Positions 9,407 through 22,448 of a stretch of 35,087 nucleotides of DNA are shown here, piece after piece. Made by a program: the position numbers and the translations under genes. Every line of letters starts with the position of its first letter. Positions within the stretch are counted from its first letter, which is position 1. The stretch covers positions 23,036,653 to 23,071,739 of the forward strand of contig NC_068986.1 of NCBI RefSeq assembly GCF_001194135.2, written 5' to 3'. The notes beneath the pieces were generated by a model that made no database searches, was not told where the DNA came from, and saw only the letters and a program-made list of their open reading frames with translations. The stretch is from Octopus bimaculoides. Taxonomy: Eukaryota.

Positions 9407-12400
9407 CTAAGTTCAGCGAATGAATTTAGCACAAATATGGAAGCTTGGAATGTATGTTTGTATGTAAGCAGAGAGAGAGAGAGAGAGAGAAAAAGAAATA
9501 GAGAGAGATTGAGAGAGAGAGAGAAAGAAAGAGAGAGAGAGAGGGAGAAAGAGACTGCTAGAAAAACATGCAAAAATAATGAGAGCGCAGGTAATCTGTA
9601 TGTGTGTTAGCGTTATAATAAAGAACTGAATATAATGAGATACTTACAGGTCGGCCATCTTTACCAGATGATCCACGTTGTCCCTAAAAAGAGAAATACG
9701 AAATACTATTAATTTCAAATATCTTTATCACGTTGATCACTATAAATGTATATTTTCTCACAAGAAGCTATCTTCTTTACTGAAATGTGTGGTGCAAAAT
9801 TTCGAAAATAGAAGAAAATAAATAAATTAAAAAAATATATATTTAGATAGAAATACTCACAGCGCTTCCGGGGAGTCCTGGTGGTCCAGCTTCTCCATCT
9901 TGACCTGGGTTTCCAGAGGCTCCAGATCGGCCCTACGATTAATGAAAATGAAACATCGATAATTAATAATTTCTAATATATCAAAATCAAGAATATATAT
10001 ATATATATTTGAGAGCGAGAAAGAACGTGGGAGGAAGAAAGAGAGTGACAGAGATAAAGATGGAGAGGGAGAATTAATATATGAACAAACATAAAAAAAT
10101 TAATCCACAGTATTTAAGAGCTCAATTAATAACAGGCTGTTAAACTCCAACACGTTATATATGAAATTTATGCTTCTCTGCTATTATATTATATTATATT
10201 ATATTATATATANNNNNNNNNNNNNNNNNNNNNNNNNNNNNNNNNNNNNNNNNNNNNNNNNNNNNNNNNNNNNNNNNNNNNNNNNNNNNNNNNNNNNNNN
10301 NNNNNNNNNNNNNNNNNNNNNNNNNNNNNNNNNNNNNNNNNNNNNNNNNNNNNNNNNNNNNNNNNNNNNNNNNNNNNNNNNNNNNNNNNNNNNNNNNNNN
10401 NNNNNNNNNNNNNNNNNNNNNNNNNNNNNNNNNNNNNNNNNNNNNNNNNNNNNNNNNNNNNNNNNNNNNNNNNNNNNNNNNNNNNNNNNNNNNNNNNNNN
10501 NNNNNNNNNNNNNNNNNNNNNNNNNNNNNNNNNNNNNNNNNNNNNNNNNNNNNNNNNNNNNNNNNNNNNNNNNNNNNNNNNNNNNNNNNNNNNNNNNNNN
10601 NNNNNNNNNNNNNNNNNNNNNNNNNNNNNNNNNNNNNNNNNNNNNNNNNNNNNNNNNNNNNNNNNNNNNNNNNNNNNNNNNNNNNNNNNNNNNNNNNNNN
10701 NNNNNNNNNNNNNNNNNNNNNNNNNNNNNNNNNNNNNNNNNNNNNNNNNNNNNNNNNNNNNNNNNNNNNNNNNNNNNNNNNNNNNNNNNNNNNNNNNNNN
10801 NNNNNNNNNNNCTTCCAGTTTCCGTCTACCAAATCCATTCAAATGGCTTTGGACGTGAGATGCGTTTATAACTTTTAGAATGGTCGACGTTCTCCGGGGC
10901 GTACATCAGAACAGACTTTGCATTCAGCACACACGAATACACGAGTGTGTCAAGAGCAGCAGATGTACACACGAAGTATGTGGCAAACGATGACGTCAGA
11001 TGAGTGGAATGAAAGTAAACTTACTCTTGATCCAGTAGGTCCAGCGGGTCCTGGAAGACCAGCCTCTCCACTGCTACCTTGTGGTCCGGGGTTTCCAGGC
11101 ATACCTGGGGCTCCAGTCCATCCTTTGTCTCCCTAAAGTTTTGTAATACAAAAGAAAATATGACGTCAGTGAAATCATTCCGAAGTGATACAAATGACTA
11201 AAATCAGATTTTAAAGAATAATTGACTATTACACATGCGTGTATTAGGCTTGTGTTTATGGTTATAGTTATAAATGTACGATGAGAAACATTACCTTAGC
11301 TCCAGGGTGTCCGCGTTCTCCGGCTTCACCAGCTGGGCCAGCAGGTCCCTAGAAAGTAAAAGCGCAAATTTTATAGGTACATCCATATTTATTCATCAAT
11401 GAAGGTATAAACATGCTCTCTCACACACACATGCAATATGTATATACATATATATACATACGCATACATACATACATAATACATACATACATACATACAT
11501 ACGCTCACAGTGAGTCTGATGTTCTTATAATCCATACAATATTGGACACTTATAGCCATTTCTAAAATTATTGGCGCTGAAGGGTCTACCCACTCACCGC
11601 TTTTATTTCTAGAAATATTGCGATTTATGTAAAGACTCACATCGAAAAAATGTGTGGTCTTAAACATGATATTGTCTTCTTGTGTAAGTTCGTAACTTTT
11701 TACTTTAGAGACAGCAAGTCTCTAAAGAGCAAAGCCAATACATGTGAAACATGCTCATCTCGAATCATTCACTATTTAACACAAAAGCTGTCTGTAATAG
11801 CCGAGTAGTAGAGTAATACATTTTTATACATCTTGATTTTGAAAGGCTGCACCTGCAATATCATTTGATGGCTTAATATTTTAACGTATGATATACTAAT
11901 TATCCAGATAATTAGATCAGCGTTTTGTGAGCCATTTGATACTGCAGAAGCCTCTGAAATGCCGTTAACACCGATATTCTAACAAAATATATCCCATAGA
12001 ATGAAATAAGTTATAAGGAGAATGCTATCATCGATACGTTTGTTTTAAAACACAAATACGAAAAACATTTAGATACACAAACTCATTCATGTAAAAAGTT
12101 AAAGCAGAAAATTAAATTTTATTTTTAAAGGTAGCTTCAGTTAGAAATATGATTAACAATATACTCACAGTAGGTCCGCGGGGTCCAGTTGGTCCTTGAA
12201 TTCCCATTGATCCACGTTCTCCCTAGAACAAAACAAACATTGCAATAATAATAAGAACAAACGCTTCTAATAAAGGAACAAAGTTTCAAATATAAGAGAA
12301 GAGCGACAGTTGATTAAATGCACTCCAGTGCTTCAGTGGTACTTTATTTTAACAATCTCGGTGGTGGAATGAAAAGGTGAAACTAACCTTGCCAGGATTT

Positions 12401-13198
12401 GAAACCAGAAGATAATAGGTTGGAAGAAATATCAGCGTTCTAACAATACTCTCAATTCACCTCCACAATGACAATGATAATTATGGTTCCAAATTTTGGC
12501 ACGAGGCCAGTAAGATCGGGGGTGGAGGTAAGTCGATTACATGAATCTGACTGCTTCACTGCTACTTAATTTATCGACCCCGAATGGATAAAAGGCAAAG
12601 TCGACCTCGGCGGTATTTGAACTCAGAACGTAAAAAGCTGCGATAAATACTTTAAAGCATTTCTTCCGACGCTCTAACAACTCTGCCAGTATGCCAATAA
12701 AAAGAATAATCAGACGAAACACAGCAAGGACTACTGCCCATATAAGCAGTGGGTATTGCGTCTTTAGAGCAGAGAAAATGGGTGGGAAATTCTTAGCTGT
12801 TTTCACGTCAAAGAAATGGCATACTGCTCAGTGGATTTAGGTACTGAATTGAAAGTGTCTGTGAATACAATCAGGCATGGCAAGCCAGTTCTGAGCAGAC
12901 GCATTCAATATTCTCGTTGTTCTAAGATGGTTAAGGGAAGTATTCCGACGAGTGTTTTGAAACTATTACTAGCAAAGATGGAAACGTTATAGTTTCCGCT
13001 TTTTTGCGTATGTGTGTGAAAATAACAAACAAGGAGGACGAAACAAAATATTTTACATATGTGTGTATGCTATGTATATACATGTTTATATATGTGTATA
13101 TGTGTTTGTGTGTATATAGATATATATGTACATGTATATATGAGTATGTATGTATGTATGTATGTATGTATGTATGTATATAAATATGTTTGTATTAT

Positions 13199-13256
<58 letters not shown>

Positions 13257-15309
13257 GCTGAACAAATCTAGAATACTTACGCGTTCTCCACGTTCACCAG
13301 CGGCTCCAGGTTGTCCAGTTGGTCCACCCAATCCCTGAAAGAGTAATATTTCAACTTTCAGTTGTATTAAAAAACACTCGACAAAAATTAATAGCATTTC
13401 TTACAATTACTGGTCCAATGGGTTTAGATAAAAAAGCAAAGTTAATATGGGAGGTATTTGAACTCAGAAAGTAAAATTTCGCAATTAATTCGTTAGACGA
13501 TTAGTCAGATACTCTACCGATTCAGCCAACATATAGTCATATAATTTAAGACCTGGCTTTTGACAATTTAGAAAATCTTGAAGAAAACAGTACATAAAAA
13601 TTATTTAGTAAAGGGAAAATAGCACTAATCAATTTTTAGTAAATATATTTACCTGAATACCAGGTGCACCTTGAGGTCCTGGTGATCCACGTGGTCCGGC
13701 AGGTCCTTTCTCTCCAGGTCGTCCAAGAAGGCCGGGTGGTCCTCTTTGTCCGGCTTCACCCTTAAAGGAGAAATGTGATCACTTAATTTTTTTAAACCTT
13801 TATATTTAAATATATAGATCAGACAGACAGACATATACGCACACACACACATAGACAGACGCTTACACGCATACAGGTACACACACAAACACATGCACGC
13901 AAGTATGTAGAGATAGACAGAAAGACAGATGGACAAGGAGACATGGTCATAGAGACAGACCTAGTTACAGAGATACAGAAAATGAAACACAAGACACTAA
14001 AATAAACAGAAATGGGAGATGATATTTAAATTTTGTCAGATTGAGGGAAAGTATGAAATGATTATAAGCAATGTGAATAACAATAAGGTTTAGTTATAAT
14101 ACGTACAGCAGGTCCGCTTTCTCCGGGGTTTCCAGCTAGACCAGGGGCACCAGGTGGTCCAGTCAATCCTGGTGAGCCATCAACACCATTTCTTCCGGGT
14201 TCTCCAGGAGTACCCTAAATTAAGGAAAATTTAATACAATCAGTACAATGATTATAATTCTGATCGTGCTGAACAAATTCGATGAGACTCTTGAGAAAAC
14301 TATTAAGCTAATGATAACCTCGTCCAACTTCACCGATCTTCATTTTCTCAGGTATGTCTCTCCCTAATTTACCTCTTTCACTTCTTTGATATCTTTCACC
14401 ATCAACATCTTCATTGATAATTTCTTGTTACTTCACAGAGGTTACTATATCACTTTATTAATATCTTTTTCTTCCTTTACCGATATTATCATTTTAAAAA
14501 AAACTTTACTGTTACCCCTCCATCTTACTTCGTTATTATCATCCGTTTATACTTTAAGGAATCATTCACTGTTGCAGAAACTAAAGGTCTTGAATTCATT
14601 TAAATAAAGCCCAAGGAATTATTGAAACAGAATTCAAGGGATACAATGAAAAGTCAGTCTAAGCGAATCAGTCGCTGTTACTGTTGCGAAAATAGTAAGC
14701 GACTGGTATGTTTATTTCAAGATGGTACTTATATCTTATGGCTCTCGCACATTCCAAATGATCCCTACATTCTTTGAAACTAGTAATGATTAGATATTTT
14801 TGATTAAACCCTAATATTTTGATTGATAAATATTTAAGGAAAACAAAAACTCTGTAAAAGAGTCATGTTTAACTTACAGCAGCTCCAGAAAGGCCACCAG
14901 GTCCACGTTCACCTTGTTGTCCAGGGAATCCAGGGGATCCTCTCTCACCTTGTGGTCCAGCAGGTCCAGAGGGTCCAGGAAGTCCCTAAAAGGTTTAAGA
15001 TTGGAAAAATATCTTCAAAGAATGCGAACAATCTAAAACAAAATCATTATTTAAAACGGGTTACTGAAAATAATTCAGCCAAAATATTATTATTATTGAT
15101 ATGTATCTTAATAACGTGCATATTGTTGATATGTATGATAATGTTGCCGTATATAATACTGATATGGATAATTATATATATATATATATATATAGAAAAA
15201 AATTAAGGTACTCAGAAATCTGGATGTTTGTACATTTACAGATTTTTATTAATGTCGCATATTAAATAAAGCGCTTTTCACCTAGTCGTGTAGGATTTTC
15301 AAATTGTTT

Positions 15310-15349
<40 letters not shown>

Positions 15350-18300
15350 CGAATGTGAAGAAAACATTCTAGGTGAGGGACATCACCATTAAGGTATTGA
15401 ACGATAATGTCTTGAAAGCAATACTTACAGTGTTTCCGCTTTCACCTCTATCTCCGGGTGCTCCATCATTACCAGGGGTACCTGGGGCTCCAACCTCACC
15501 AGGGCTTCCTGGGATTCCAGATTCTCCTCTTTCTCCCTATAAAGTGAGCAAAAGAGAAAATAACTTTATTCATAGAAAACAAAACAGAAACTATATAACT
15601 CTTAAAGAACAATATAGTTATTTTAAATTCTAACATTTTAAGTCATTTTAAAAGAATCCATCACATAAAAAGGAAAGACAAAATTTGAAATGTGTTTTCC
15701 AAGCATAATATTTCTACATTGTAATGTAGAAAGGACTACCAAAACATTCTATTGCATTATAGCTATGTAAATCAAGACAACTTTCGAAGTCGTACGAATA
15801 TCTATATTTAACTATATTCAAATCAAAATGTCTGATTATGCTTACAGGTGGTCCCATTGGTCCAGCGGGTCCGGGTTTTCCTGCAAGACCTGGTTCTCCA
15901 GCAATACCTTGTGGTCCAGCGTGTCCTGGGGTTCCAGCGTTTCCGGGAGATCCAGCGGCTCCACGATCTCCTGTTGGTCCACGACGACCGGGACCTCCAT
16001 CTTTGCCCTAGAGCAGAAAATATGAAGAAACATGATTTGAATGTTACTCAAATAGAAAAAGAAACAAGTTTTTAGACAACAACTATGCAGTTAGAAAATA
16101 TGTGTAAAGTTGCACATTTGTCATCTGAGTTAACTTGTAACGATAATAAACACAATCGAAAATGACTGAGGCGTTTGACTAATAAAGATCTTATTGAACT
16201 GAAGGACGATTTTTGATACTAAATATTCGTGATTTCGACATTTATAACACCAGGGCCATTTATACATACATGTTAGCATCACGCAAACTTTCAGAATACG
16301 AAATATACATATATGCAAGCACAAGTGTGTCTGTACATAACTATGACGATTACATATAAAGATTCATAAGAAATGAACGTATAGTGCTAGAAAAGAATAT
16401 GTGTAAACGTTGTTATCACTGATGATAAAAGTAGTCATCAACGATGAGGCATCTAGTGAAGTTTAGAGAGCTATAATCATGTGATGTCATTTCCTATCTT
16501 AAACCTTACTGTCTTGTGATAACAGCATAAAGAACACAGATCAACTTGCTTTCTTTATAAGTTTAATTTTGGCATCATGGTTATCCTTACAATCATCGTT
16601 TTACGTTCGTTTTCTCATGTTTCCATGTGACGTCCGTTTTCCTATGATTGTGTCTCTCTTCCAGCCACCTAGACAATTCTTCAACCGTACTTTGTGTTTT
16701 CCTGAATTTTCCTTTTCCTTGCATTTGGATAGCTTTGCACTTCATTACCCAACTGCCATCCTTCGACACATATCTACACTAGCGCAGGCTCCTCCCTGGC
16801 ACGCCTATATCTAATTTTTTTGACACCCAATTCAGTTCTTCTCTGTCGTTCTTGCATACTAACATTACACATATTGTAGTATTCAGAATTACTTACAGCT
16901 GCTCCGGTTGCTCCGGCTTCACCAGCGGGTCCACGTTGTCCAGCAGGTCCAGAGGATCCAGGTGCTCCTATATCTCCTTTACCTCCAGCAACACCAGCGG
17001 GTCCCTATAGAAATGATAAAAATCAGGATATCATTGTTCAATGAAGCATATATCATCAAATTTCTGATGTTATACTAGGAAGAAACACTTTAAAACAACA
17101 GAGTTACTGTCATAAAGAACATTAGTTTAATATCTGTTTATTGGTCAAGTAAGTATAACAGAAAAATATAAAACTTATTGCTGTATAATGAAAAATCAAA
17201 AATTTATTTACACCTTTGAATTTAACTAGCGAATATTTTATTTAAATAAACTTACAGCAGGTCCGGGGGCGCCTTGGGAACCTGGTGGTCCGGGAAGACC
17301 GCGGTTTCCAGCTCCTCCTGGGGGTCCAGCTTCTCCACGAGGTCCACTAAGACCACGATCTCCTTTGGGGGCGGGTGCACCGATAGGTCCGGCAGGTCCA
17401 GTGGTACCAGGAGCTCCAACTTCACCGGGAACACCGGATTCACCATCTTTTCCGCGTGGGCCTGGGGATCCCTGGAGAAAGGAAACAATTGTTTTGATAA
17501 AAACACTATCAATGATAACACTGATAACAAAATCAAGGTTTATTTTCTCGTTTTGTACTGTCAGATCATCAAAAGCATACAGATTGAAATTTAATATATT
17601 GCTTCTTTAACGTAATATATGTTTGTTTTTAATTTAAAAAAAAAAATTGTGCCAATAGAAAATAACATCATCACGGTTTCAAAGAAAAATCTTTTGAAAC
17701 ATGACATAATTAATTTCTATTTATGAGTTTAACATGCATCGACGGTGAAAGAGTCTGTGTATAACACAAACAATGGAATGTATAGCTAGACCTATGATAG
17801 GTAAACTACAAATGATTTTATTAAGACTGCACTGTCTTTTCGCAGTCACTGTAAAAGTGCTCGATTAAAACACCCTCAGGTTTTACACCGAAAACTAATC
17901 GTTTGAAAGATTTAAAATTTTGATTTACACTACAATTTCTGATTGGTGCCAAATAAAATATGAAATAAAAATAAATGTTTTCTTACAGTATCTCCTTTAG
18001 GTCCTANNNNNNNNNNNNNNNNNNNNNNNNNNNNNNNNNNNNNNNNNNNNNNNNNNNNNNNNNNNNNNNNNNNNNNNNNNNNNNNNNNNNNNNNNNNNNN
18101 NNNNNNNNNNNNNNNNNNNNNNNNNNNNNNNNNNNNNNNNNNNNNNNNNNNNNNNNNNNNNNNNNNNNNNNNNNNNNNNNNNNNNNNNNNNNNNNNNNNN
18201 NNNNNNNNNNNNNNNNNNNNNNNNNNNNNNNNNNNNNNNNNNNNNNNNNNNNNNNNNNNNNNNNNNNNNNNNNNNNNNNNNNNNNNNNNNNNNNNNNNNN

Positions 18301-19278
18301 NNNNNNNNNNNNNNNNNNNNNNNNNNNNNNNNNNNNNNNNNNNNNNNNNNNNNACACACACACACACACACACATTCCCTCAAGTAGATGCAATGGAGAA
18401 AATTAAAATAATATCGGAATTGGAAATATTAGCGTTAATGAATTAATGAAACAGGTCTAAGATACTTACGATAAGTCCTGGAGGTCCAGTCTCTCCTGGG
18501 TTTCCTACATTTCCTGGTGGTCCCTAAACATTAAAAAGGAAGCAGCGTTGATTAGAATAAATGACCAGCTATACTGTAGTTCGTATTAAAATACAAAAAT
18601 AATTATTATTCTCGAGTTCATTATGTATTTTCGTACACTTAATACGTACACACACACACACATATGAATATACGTACTTGAAAATGGGCAGTCATACACA
18701 AATATAATATGTATGTATGTATGTATGTATATATGTATGTATGTATGTAGTTATTTAGTTTTATTTCGAGATTTCATGCCAATATGGACAGAGTCGGTTT
18801 CCAACGTAGATCTAAGGCTCCTTCACTGGAATTTCAACAATATCAACAGGATATTTCTGTATACGAATACGTTATCTTCGAGATTCTTCTTCGTAGACTT
18901 CAAGCCGGTCATTAACAAAGAGACAAGACTTTCTGAGTTTAGACTGTTCCCGAAGTATGTAGCTACATGGTAAGTTGGTGTATGCATATATGTAGGGACA
19001 GTCACCCGCACTTATGTTGTTTGTGAACATATCACTTGGGGTATTCTTGCGCAATCACGCTTGTGTGAGTATGATAACATTTTGAATGTGCCTGTAGAAG
19101 CACACAACCAAATGTGTGCATATATTCATTTAAAGAATCTGAACTGCAGAATCTTTGGAATACCTTGCACATTTTTATTGTGCTGCCAATAGATTGGATT
19201 TGGAAGATGCGTGTCAGTTCTTTGCCTCTGCATGTGCATCTCCTATGTATGATATTATTTACATATTATTAATTCGCT

Positions 19279-19346
<68 letters not shown>

Positions 19347-22300
19347 CTATCAGACAATGTTCTAAACAAGTAGATTTTGTACTTACACCCTCTCCGGCTT
19401 CACCAGCTGGTCCAGAAGGTCCTCTCTCTCCGGGAGCTCCACGTGGTCCACTTGGTCCAGGTTCACCAGCGAATCCAGGTTCACCCTATAAAATAGATTG
19501 CATATTATATATGGGAGAATGTACGAAAAAGCAACAACAGACGAGGACAGGTGGTGTAAATAACAAAAGGATGTATTAGTATGACGCTCGGGAATACGGA
19601 AATCTTTGACGTTTCGAGCTACGCTCATGTATATATATCTTAATTTATTTTTAAAATGTGATAATAATGATGATAACGGTAATGGTAAGACACAGAACAA
19701 ATGGAATGTTTTTCTTTTTTTTTTTCTTAGTGAATCTACTTCGACACGTCGGTGTAATTCTGAGTTGTGTTTCCACATGTATCAAGTAAGTCCCTTGTTC
19801 CACTAAAAATGGTAAGGGTAGTAATTTTAAAATTCTGTAATATAACCATCACTGTCGAACTACAATGAACTAAACAGCTTATCTTTCTTGCTTAACTTCA
19901 GAAGTCAAGTCTACATTACTTCATTTTTTTCATTACTTTACGTTGCTTTTGCCATTAAATGACGTGGGTTTGTAACAATTTGATGAAACAGGAAATACTT
20001 AAACGTTTATTTCTTTAAATCAAGTTTCTGAAGGAACTTCTGCGATAACACCAATTCATGATCTCTTAAGCTTACTCTACAACTTACTTGAAATTTTTCT
20101 TGTATTTTCTAAAATCTTAACTGAGCTATACTTTACGTGAATGAAATACGTTATGAATATTATAAAATTAAGATTTACACGTATTTTATGCAGTTTGTTA
20201 TTTATAACTTTCAATGACTTAGGAATAATTTCGAGTATTGAGGACTTTAATGGCGTGGTGGTAATGGTGATGACGATTTAAGTGGCTGAAGATAATACTG
20301 TTAGTAGATATTGTTGAACTTATACTCACTCGTTCACCAGGGGTACCAGGTTGTCCAGCAGGTCCGGATGGTCCAGTTTCTCCTGGGGTTCCATCGTTTC
20401 CTTTAGCTCCAGGGGCGCCAGCCATACCCTATGATTGAGAGAGAGAAATAAGTTTTCATCTAACATACAAATTTTATGTTTCTTCAAAAAACAAATTTAT
20501 TACTAAAATTTCATTATAGAAAGTTATTCGAGAACAATTCAAAATGAAATACTTTTTTATAATATGTAAAAAGCAAAAAAAAAAAAAAAAAAAAAAATAA
20601 TTAATTCCTCGTATACGATTAGAGGGATGGAAAAAGAAAATTATGCAACTTTCATACCTCACTCAGAAACAATTTCCGTTGATTCAATTTTACTCAAAAA
20701 CTTTGGGTCAGCCAAAGACTAAATTACGAAACAACAGACAAAAAAAAAAAACTTGCCGAACAAGTAACGCAGTGGGATCTGACTTGGACCATCCTAATTG
20801 GGAGGCAAGCTTGTTAACCACTGGACCACGCTACGTCCACACACCTACACACACACACACACATGCATGCATGCGCGCTCACACCACATTACACGAAATA
20901 CAAGCAAATACACAGCTACATAGAAATATTTCTCTCTAGCATAAAACTAGGAATTATGAGGGTAATGGCAAGTCGATTGCATTGACCCCTGTGCATGACT
21001 GGTATTTTATTTTACTGATCTCTAAAGGGATAAAAATCAAAGTCGACCTGGGCAGAATGTGAACTCAAAACGTAAATAGCCGGAAGAAATGCCGCTAAGC
21101 TCGCTGACTTATATATATATAATAAATATATTACTTACTTGGAATCCAGGGCTGCCAGCATTTCCTGTGGAACCACGTTCTCCTTGAGATCCCTAGAGTA
21201 TTTTTATATTTTTTAAAAGGAAAAGAAATAAAAAAATTTAAGATTTTGAAATCTCATGAAAACAGACAAATGAGAAATTAATAGAAAAACATGTAGGCGA
21301 AATAAAAACACTGAACTCTTTTTTGTAAAGAAATATATAAAGGTGTGTGCGTATATGTGTATGTATGTACATATGTATCGAGCGTGCTGCTCGAAAGTGC
21401 ACTACTGGTGTAGTGAATGGGAAAAGCTTGGTCTGCAAGGTTTGCAGTCGTGTTTGCTTGTCAAGAGCAGGGCTCATTAGCCACCAACGGAGCCACAAAT
21501 GCAAAATATAAGTTAGTCATAGAGCGCACAATGTTCCTGAAGGTCGGCAATGGTCTTCCTTGGTCACGAGTAGATGGCCATCATGTATGTATGTATGTAT
21601 GTATGTATGTATGTATGTATGTATGTATGTATGTATGTATGTATCTAATATATATATACGCGTATGTATATATGTATGTATATACGCGTGTGTGCACATA
21701 TATATATATATATATGTATGTATATACGCGTAAGTNNNNNNNNNNNNNNNNNNNNNNNNNNNNNNNNNNNNNNNNNNNNNNNNNNNNNNNNNNNNNNNNN
21801 NNNNNNNNNNNNNNNNNNNNNNNNNNNNNNNNNNNNNNNNNNNNNNNNNNNNNNNNNNNNNNNNNNNNNNNNNNNNNNNNNNNNNNNNNNNNNNNNNNNN
21901 NNNNNNNNNNNNNNNNNNNNNNNNNNNNNNNNNNNNNNNNNNNNNNNNNNNNNNNNNNNNNNNNNNNNNNNNNNNNNNNNNNNNNNNNNNNNNNNNNNNN
22001 NNNNNNNNNNNNNNNNNNNNNNNNNNNNNNNNNNNNNNNNNNNNNNNNNNNNNNNNNNNNNNNNNNNNNNNNNNNNNNNNNNNNNNNNNNNNNNNNNNNN
22101 NNNNNNNNNNNNNNNNNNNNNNNNNNNNNNNNNNNNNNNNNNNNNNNNNNNNNNNNNNNNNNNNNNNNNNNNNNNNNNNNNNNNNNNNNNNNNNNNNNNN
22201 NNNNNNNNNNNNNNNNNNNNNNNNNNNNNNNNNNNNNNNNNNNNNNNNNNNNNNNNNNNNNNNNNNNNNNNNNNNNNNNNNNNNNNNNNNNNNNNNNNNN

Positions 22301-22406
22301 NNNNNNNNNNNNNNNNNNNNNNNNNNNNNNNNNNNNNNNNNNNNNNNNNNNNNNNNNNNNNNTATATATATATATATATGTATGTATGGATGGATGGATG
22401 GATGTG

Positions 22407-22448
<42 letters not shown>

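Noticed and set aside
10918-17610. Pro/Gly-rich plus-strand ORFs (10918-11136, 15373-15633, 17365-17610 and others)
   Set aside because: These are antisense shadows of GGN/CCN-rich collagen exons and lose their pattern at the exon boundaries.
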